This document shows positions 7,045-12,209 of a stretch of 12,209 nucleotides of DNA, piece by piece. Position numbers and translations under genes: made by a program. The number at the start of each line of letters is the position of its first letter. Positions within the stretch are counted from its first letter, which is position 1. A model generated the notes under the pieces. That model was not told the origin of the DNA, did no database searches, and saw only the letters and a list, made by a program, of their open reading frames with translations. The stretch covers positions 1 through 12,209 of the forward strand of contig JBFXGD010000104.1 of assembly GCA_050178385.1 (NCBI GenBank). Direction: 5' to 3'. Source of the DNA: Calditrichaceae bacterium. Lineage in GTDB: Bacteria; Calditrichota; Calditrichia; Calditrichales; JBFXGD01.

Positions 7045-8802
7045 TTGAATCCTTGTATTGTCATTCCGACATATAATGAATCTGAAAAACTCGCCACGCT
7101 GATTGCGACTATTCATTATTTTGACGAAAAATACGCGATCATCATTGTGGATGATAATTCCCCTGATGGAACCGGCGATATCGCGGATCGACTTTCGAAA
7201 AAATATGAAAAAATACATGTGATTCACCGACCCGGGAAAATGGGAGTCGGGGGCGCTATATTGGATGGGTTCCGCCTGGCTCTGGAAGAAAAATATGATC
7301 CGATCATCACTATGGATGCGGATCTTTCTCATTCTCCTCTATATCTCAAAAAATTTCTTTCCTTTTCAAAGTATTATGATCTGGTTATTGGTAGTCGTTA
7401 TTTCCGGGGAATCAGAATTGACGGCTGGCGGTTCAGAAAATTGCTGCAGAGCAAACTCGCTAATATGTTTATATCATATGTAATGGTAAAGCCAATTTGG
7501 GATTTTACAACCGGTTATAGAAGCTATTCCGCTACTTTTCTAAAAAAATTAAATTTAAACGTGATTCCAAGCGAGGGGTATCTTTTTCAGATTCATATGA
7601 TTTACCTGGCGTTTCTTCTTAAAAAAAATGTCAAGGAAATTCCGATTATATTTAAGGATATCGAAAATCCTGAGTCAAAAATCAGTTCACGGGACCGCTG
7701 GGTAACTTTCCGAAAAATATTTAGTTATCGTGCTCCATTCTCAGAAATGTTCAGACATTTTACGTATATCAAAAAAGATTACAGGCGATTTGTAGATGAA
7801 TATGAAGAGCTTTTAAATCCGCCTCAGCCAAAGAACGCGGGAAAGTTTTCGATTCCGGAAAAATTTACCGTCAGTATCGGTGTGATGGCCTATAATGAAG
7901 AGTTAAATATCAAGAAATGTCTGAACGCCTTGCTTAATCAGGAATTAAAATCAGGCGAAATAGTAGAATTAACTGTCGTTTCATCTGGATCAACTGATCG
8001 TACAAATGAAATTGTTGAAAAGTATTCTCTTCAGGATTCACGGGTTCAGCTCATTGTCGAACGTCAGCGGCAGGGAAAGGCATCGGCCATCAATAAATTT
8101 CTTAAATACGCAAAAGGTGATATCGCCATTATTGAAAGCGCTGATACGATTACAGAGCCTAAGACGGTTGAGTATCTAATAAGCCCTTTTTTCGATCCAA
8201 AAGTAGGGATTACCGGGGCTCATCCCCAACCTGTAAACAAAGGTAGCGGTTTTATTACATTCGCCGTCCAAAAACTCTGGCATTTACATCACCTGATGGC
8301 TCTTGACAATCCAAAATGCGGAGAGATGATCGCTTTTAGAAATATTGTGCCGAGAATTCCGACTTACACGGCGGTGGATGAGGCGACGATAGAGGCGCTT
8401 TTTAATGAGCTCGGTCTTGAAAAAAGATATGCGCCTGAGGCAATAGTTAAAAACAAGGGACCGGAAACACTCCGTGATTTCATCAAGCAAAGACGAAGGA
8501 TAGCTGCCGGGCACAAACATCTCAAAGCCATAAAGGGTCATGCGGTATCAACTATGAAGGCAAGCAACATCCTGAAGTATGTCGGGAAAGATCTCGATTT
8601 TAGGCCAAAGTATCTTATATATATGTTTCTTTTGATCTGTACTGAATTGTTTTCAAGAATTTTAGGTCATCTTGATTTTTACTTTAGAGATAAAAATCCA
8701 TATATTTGGGATATATCTAAATCGACAAAACATATTGCTGAACAAAATGTGCTGAAACCTCAGGCAGAGCAGAAATCCAAAGGCCGGATTCCTTCTGTTT
8801 GA
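7045..8802 (+). CDS. Two-domain GT2 fusion: N-terminal DPM1/Ppm1-like polyprenol-phosphate sugar (mannose) synthase plus C-terminal CESA-like GT2
   Basis: Domain 1 (about 7045-7750): IVIPTYNE, VDDNSPDGT, HRPGKMGVG, MDADLSHSP, IGSRY, DFTTGYR, GYLFQI, EIPIIF. Domain 2 (about 7864-8730): VSIGVMAYNEE, SSGSTDRT, GKASAIN, ESADT, CGEMIAFR, QRRRI, then one hydrophobic segment. Confidence 0.88.
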   Translation: MNPCIVIPTYNESEKLATLIATIHYFDEKYAIIIVDDNSPDGTGDIADRLSKKYEKIHVIHRPGKMGVGGAILDGFRLALEEKYDPIITMDADLSHSPLYLKKFLSFSKYYDLVIGSRYFRGIRIDGWRFRKLLQSKLANMFISYVMVKPIWDFTTGYRSYSATFLKKLNLNVIPSEGYLFQIHMIYLAFLLKKNVKEIPIIFKDIENPESKISSRDRWVTFRKIFSYRAPFSEMFRHFTYIKKDYRRFVDEYEELLNPPQPKNAGKFSIPEKFTVSIGVMAYNEELNIKKCLNALLNQELKSGEIVELTVVSSGSTDRTNEIVEKYSLQDSRVQLIVERQRQGKASAINKFLKYAKGDIAIIESADTITEPKTVEYLISPFFDPKVGITGAHPQPVNKGSGFITFAVQKLWHLHHLMALDNPKCGEMIAFRNIVPRIPTYTAVDEATIEALFNELGLEKRYAPEAIVKNKGPETLRDFIKQRRRIAAGHKHLKAIKGHAVSTMKASNILKYVGKDLDFRPKYLIYMFLLICTELFSRILGHLDFYFRDKNPYIWDISKSTKHIAEQNVLKPQAEQKSKGRIPSV

Positions 8803-8896
8803 TAGTCTTGTCGAATTTGATTATCGATATTCCATGTCCCGGATTAAAAATTGGACACAATTCTGCAATCAAATCTTAAAAATGTGAGGATAATGT

Positions 8897-9775
8897 ATGG
8901 ATCCGAAGTATGATTTTTCTACAGAGTACCAGATATTTAAATCAATGGTTGATGAAAAAATTGAAAATTACTGGGGAGAAGAAGAACCACTCCTGGAAGG
9001 TCTTTACAAATCCATTAATTATTCTCTGAACGACGGAAAGAGAGTACGCGCGCTTTTTGCTTTTCTGGTTGGTGAGATATTTGATGTTAAACCCGAGAAA
9101 TTACTTTCAACGGCTGTCGCCATAGAGATGATTCATGCAGCGTCTCTGATTATGGATGATCTTCCCTATATGGATAATGCCGAGTTAAGACGAGGTAAAC
9201 CGGCGAATCATATTGTGTTCGGGCAGGATGTGGCGCTGTGTGCCAGCATTGCGCTGATTTCTGAAGCGAACAGGCTTGTTTTGAGCGATCAGGGACTGGG
9301 GCTTGACGAGCGGAACCGGGCTTCGAATCTGTTGGGCGCGTCATTCGGAATCAAAGGACTGGCAGCAGGTCAGTATGTGGATCTCAAGCTAAAGCGCAAA
9401 AATATTAAATATGAGATTATCGAGTTTATCAATGCCAAAAAAACAGCCGCATTGTTTACGGCGGCGGGAGAGATTGCCGCGATTATCGGTCACGCTTCGG
9501 ATAAGCAACTGGAGGCGATTAAAGTATTTTCTGAGAATGTCGGTTTCGCTTTTCAAATAACAGATGATATTCTGGATGTCAAAGGTGATGAGAAATTAGT
9601 GGGCAAAGATCTGAATAAAGATAAAATGAATTTTGTCCGGCTGGTCGGTATGAAGGAAGCGGAAAAATATGCCAAAACATATATAAACACTGCTAAAAGC
9701 GCCATGGCCATATTCAAGGACAAAGGGAAAAAAATTATTGAATTTGGTGATTACCTTATAAACAGAGGCTATTAA
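8897..9775 (+). CDS. Short-chain trans-polyprenyl diphosphate synthase (IspA/CrtE family), probably geranylgeranyl diphosphate synthase
   Basis: GKRVR, FARM HAASLIMDDLPYMD..RRGKP, GQYVD, KTAALF, SARM FQITDDILD and GKD. The small Ala at -5 of the FARM is CrtE-like; FPP synthases usually have Tyr/Phe there. RBS GAGGA at 8886-8890. Confidence 0.9.
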   Translation: MDPKYDFSTEYQIFKSMVDEKIENYWGEEEPLLEGLYKSINYSLNDGKRVRALFAFLVGEIFDVKPEKLLSTAVAIEMIHAASLIMDDLPYMDNAELRRGKPANHIVFGQDVALCASIALISEANRLVLSDQGLGLDERNRASNLLGASFGIKGLAAGQYVDLKLKRKNIKYEIIEFINAKKTAALFTAAGEIAAIIGHASDKQLEAIKVFSENVGFAFQITDDILDVKGDEKLVGKDLNKDKMNFVRLVGMKEAEKYAKTYINTAKSAMAIFKDKGKKIIEFGDYLINRGY

Positions 9776-9818
9776 TTCACCGAAAGAGTATACTGCATTT
9801 TATAAAATAAACTAATTT

Positions 9819-9860
9819 CAGGGAGCCTCATTGGTCACACAGTGAGGCTTGTACCTGTTT
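9819..9860 (+). terminator. Stem-loop after the polyprenyl synthase (weak terminator or mRNA-processing/stabilising hairpin)
   Basis: AGCCTCATTG (9824-9833) pairs with CAGTGAGGCT (9840-9849) with one U-G pair. CAGG (9819-9822) and CCTG (9854-9857) extend the stem across a 3-nt bulge. Only TTT follows. Confidence 0.45.
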
Positions 9861-9976
9861 AAATATTCCTGCCGAACTTTTTTTCCATTTTATGTGCTGA
9901 AAATCAATCTCATATCAACGAGATGACCTATCTTGTTTAATAGGATTCAAAGTAAAATTAAGATAAAACGGTAAAA

Positions 9977-11014
9977 ATGCTAAACATCCTTCAAAAAACT
10001 CTTGGATGGCGAAATTGGGCGGTATTTTCCTATAACTCATTTATCGAAAATATTTTTGTTGTTTTTTATATCGCGCTAGTCACAAGAAATTATTCAAACG
10101 CATTTCTTATTAATTTGCTGTTATTTTATATTTTTAGCGTTTTCTCAACTTCGTTTGGATACCTGATAAACGATCTGGCCGATCGTGAACTTGACAGAAA
10201 ACACAATAAATCAAATACTTTCGAAAACACGAACGAAAGAGTCGCGATTAGCGTGGTTATTGCCGTTTTTGTATTAAGCGCTATGCCGGCGATAAATTTT
10301 ATCTCTAATCGTTATTTCGCCTTTTTGTGGATACTGTGGACTTTGGCGGCGGTATTCTACTCTGTGAAGCCCGTAAGGTTGAAGGAAAGGGGAAAAACAG
10401 GACTCATCGTAGTCGTTTTTGCGCAGAGAGTACTGCCTGTGCTGCTCGTATTCGCGGCTTTCAGATTCAATAATCTCACAGATATAATGCTAATTACCTT
10501 CTACATCCTGATGCGCGGTCTTTCGTCAGATGTTAATCATCAAATTGAAGATTTTAATTCGGATCTGAAAACATCAACCGGCACATTCGCGGTAACCGCG
10601 GGACTGGAAAGGATCAGGCGCGTGTTCCATCTGATTCTGGAAGTCGAAAAATTATTACTTGCGGCCGTATTGCTGCTTTTCGTGCTGCGTTTTCAGGATT
10701 ACCCCGCCGGATATTCGGTAAATACCGGTATCCTGGCAATAATTTATCTTATCATACTCATTATAAGTTATTTCAGGATCCGCGGTGGAGCAGACCGGAA
10801 TCCGTTCAGGATTCATGAAAAAAATATATTTCAATTTCTGCATCATGCTTACCCGTCTGTGATTCTCCCTCTGGCACTCATTATCATCATTATACCAAAT
10901 AATATGCTCTTTGCCCTTGTACTTCTTGCATTCTTGTTCAATAAAAAAATGCTGAGTTTAAAAACGTATATCAATAGTTATCCGTTGTTATTCTTAAAAA
11001 AGATGAGGCAATGA
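9977..11014 (+). CDS. UbiA-superfamily integral membrane prenyltransferase
   Basis: About 9 hydrophobic segments. First Asp-rich motif YLINDLADRELD (N to last D 10169-10195), FYSVKPVRLKERG (YSxxPxRLK) and second motif HQIEDFNSD...TFAV (10538-10564). Confidence 0.88.
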   Translation: MLNILQKTLGWRNWAVFSYNSFIENIFVVFYIALVTRNYSNAFLINLLLFYIFSVFSTSFGYLINDLADRELDRKHNKSNTFENTNERVAISVVIAVFVLSAMPAINFISNRYFAFLWILWTLAAVFYSVKPVRLKERGKTGLIVVVFAQRVLPVLLVFAAFRFNNLTDIMLITFYILMRGLSSDVNHQIEDFNSDLKTSTGTFAVTAGLERIRRVFHLILEVEKLLLAAVLLLFVLRFQDYPAGYSVNTGILAIIYLIILIISYFRIRGGADRNPFRIHEKNIFQFLHHAYPSVILPLALIIIIIPNNMLFALVLLAFLFNKKMLSLKTYINSYPLLFLKKMRQ

Positions 11015-12209
11015 GTGGTTATATTATCTTCAGAATAATAATTAGCATTTTCGCCCTTTTGATCTTTGTTCTGGAATCCTATGCTCAGCTTGATTTAAAA
11101 AGGGATGATTATGTGGGGACGACGCGTCGCGCATGGTGGAGCTGGTGGGGTGATGGAAGCAATACGCCGCTGCCGTCAGTCAATAATGGTTATGTTCTGT
11201 TTTCACTGGTTGACCCCATCGCATCTGAAAGACCATTTTCTGATTCGGCCTTGTGGGACGGATATCCGGGAATAGGTGGGCCCTACCTGAACTGCAAAAT
11301 AAAACTGCGGGCAAAATCCCTGAATCCGCATAAGTATGGTTCACGAGGCTGGGGCCTTTGGTACAGTGAGCCTCAGCCAAACATACAGAATCAGGCATGG
11401 TATATGATGGTTCTTGATGATCCTTTGTTGACAGGGCTGGACTGGTGGCGGGCGGAAACTGCAGATGGTAAAACAGAAGCCAAACATCATTTTGTGGAGC
11501 TTGATCAATCGCCGCATATTATAGATGATCAGCAATGGCATGTATATGAAATAGATCGACAGACTGATTATATTGAATTCAAAATTGACGGCGTTCAGGT
11601 TTTTTATGCCACACAGGATGTTCCTATACGACCAATGGCTTTTCATATCTGGGTGGATAATGTGGTTTATGAACATGTGGAGCCTGATATAATCAATTTA
11701 AACCTGCGCGAATGGACCGGAAAGAATGAGATCGTTCTGGATTATGTCCAGATTCTCACCACTGGACAACTTGATAAAAGCGAGCCGGCATCCGGTATCA
11801 AACTACTGAGACATGTACCGGTTGAGATATATGATAAAGAGATTGCTGATTCCTGGTACACATTAAATTTTGACGCTCCGGGTGGCCAGGTGGTTGTTTT
11901 GAGTACGGCGCGTGTGGAACAGTATCTGAACGCGTTTAATCAGCCAATCAGCGATGATGATGATATCCGTTATGTCATTGATGGCACCGATTATGGATGG
12001 GATACGCCAAATTCATTTAATGCCGACGCGCAGGGAACGCTTTCTAATACCTTGCTCTTTGAAAAAACATTGGGAGCAGGCGTAGCGAATATTGATGTTT
12101 ACGGTGAAATATCTCCTCTTTTATATGATGTCACGGTTCTCGGAAGCAGTGGAGGGGGCATTGTTTTTAATCAGGAATACAATGAAATAAAATCTTCATC
12201 CAGTCCGGA
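11011..12209 (+). CDS. Secreted protein with N-terminal GH16/ConA-like beta-jelly-roll domain; 3'-partial and absent from the supplied ORF track
   Basis: The ATG overlaps the UbiA stop (ATGA 11011-11014), and there is no stop through the window end (399 codons). It begins MSGYIIFRIIISIFALLIFVLESYA|QLDLK (Sec signal peptide). GH16-like elements are IKLRAK, GSRGWGLWY, WHVYEIDRQTDYIEFKIDG, PIRPMAFHIW and IVLDYVQI. Confidence 0.85.
   Translation, partial: MSGYIIFRIIISIFALLIFVLESYAQLDLKRDDYVGTTRRAWWSWWGDGSNTPLPSVNNGYVLFSLVDPIASERPFSDSALWDGYPGIGGPYLNCKIKLRAKSLNPHKYGSRGWGLWYSEPQPNIQNQAWYMMVLDDPLLTGLDWWRAETADGKTEAKHHFVELDQSPHIIDDQQWHVYEIDRQTDYIEFKIDGVQVFYATQDVPIRPMAFHIWVDNVVYEHVEPDIINLNLREWTGKNEIVLDYVQILTTGQLDKSEPASGIKLLRHVPVEIYDKEIADSWYTLNFDAPGGQVVVLSTARVEQYLNAFNQPISDDDDIRYVIDGTDYGWDTPNSFNADAQGTLSNTLLFEKTLGAGVANIDVYGEISPLLYDVTVLGSSGGGIVFNQEYNEIKSSSSP

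Noticed and set aside
8815..8874. Long imperfect inverted repeat (ATTTGATT/AATCAAAT and TGTCC/GGACA) before the polyprenyl synthase
   Set aside because: The arms are short, mostly AT-rich and split by large unpaired regions, with no U-tract. This is consistent with chance.
4090..9775. Hopanoid (hpnA/hpnB-like) or carotenoid gene cluster
   Set aside because: There is no squalene/phytoene synthase, desaturase, squalene-hopene cyclase or radical SAM gene in the window. Only the generic SDR, GT2 and CrtE-like families match.
8897..11014. Definite archaeal-type ether lipid (GGGPS/DGGGPS) operon
   Set aside because: No PcrB/GGGP synthase is in the window, and the UbiA protein lacks the RPIPSG segment typical of DGGGP synthases. 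It is kept only as one alternative hypothesis.
172..11676. All minus-strand ORFs in the track (e.g. 172-510, 5355-5822, 6219-6707, 7015-7332, 11180-11398, 11341-11676) and the nested plus-strand ORFs 6469-6690 and 7265-7483
   Set aside because: They overlap well-supported plus-strand genes and show no recognisable motifs. The two at 11180-11676 are antisense shadows of the real gene starting at 11011.
1..12209. CRISPR array, tRNA/rRNA, IS element, integrase, phage or anti-phage defence genes
   Set aside because: I saw no regularly spaced DNA repeats, cloverleaf or rRNA-like segments, terminal inverted repeats or transposase/nuclease motifs. Intergenic spaces are at most about 200 nt. The NadE-like gene has no defence-type neighbours to support an NAD-reconstitution role.

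Overview
A gene-dense, all-plus-strand, AT-rich bacterial region. The 'QNYPNPFNP...KKMVIMK' secretion tail of the first gene suggests an FCB-superphylum or related lineage such as Calditrichota, KSB1 or Marinimicrobia (inference). The window opens with the 3' end of a large secreted cadherin-like/Ig-repeat protein with a T9SS type A-like C-terminal domain, followed by an intrinsic terminator. A cell-envelope glyco/isoprenoid cluster follows: a DUF2723/TMEM260-like GT-C membrane glycosyltransferase, an atypical NadE-family enzyme, an extended SDR epimerase/dehydratase, an atypical SAM methyltransferase, a GT2, a fused double GT2 (DPM1/Ppm1-like plus CESA-like), a CrtE-like polyprenyl (probably GGPP) synthase and a UbiA-family prenyltransferase. 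A secreted GH16/ConA-fold protein lacking the usual catalytic motif runs off the right edge (11011->12209) and is missing from the supplied ORF track. Two non-exclusive readings stand out: (a) a protein O-mannosylation/glycosylation system next to a candidate substrate dense in D-[ST]-[AILVMT] sequons, and (b) a pathway for a glycosylated, methylated or amidated isoprenoid lipid. No rRNA, tRNA, CRISPR array or mobile element was seen.
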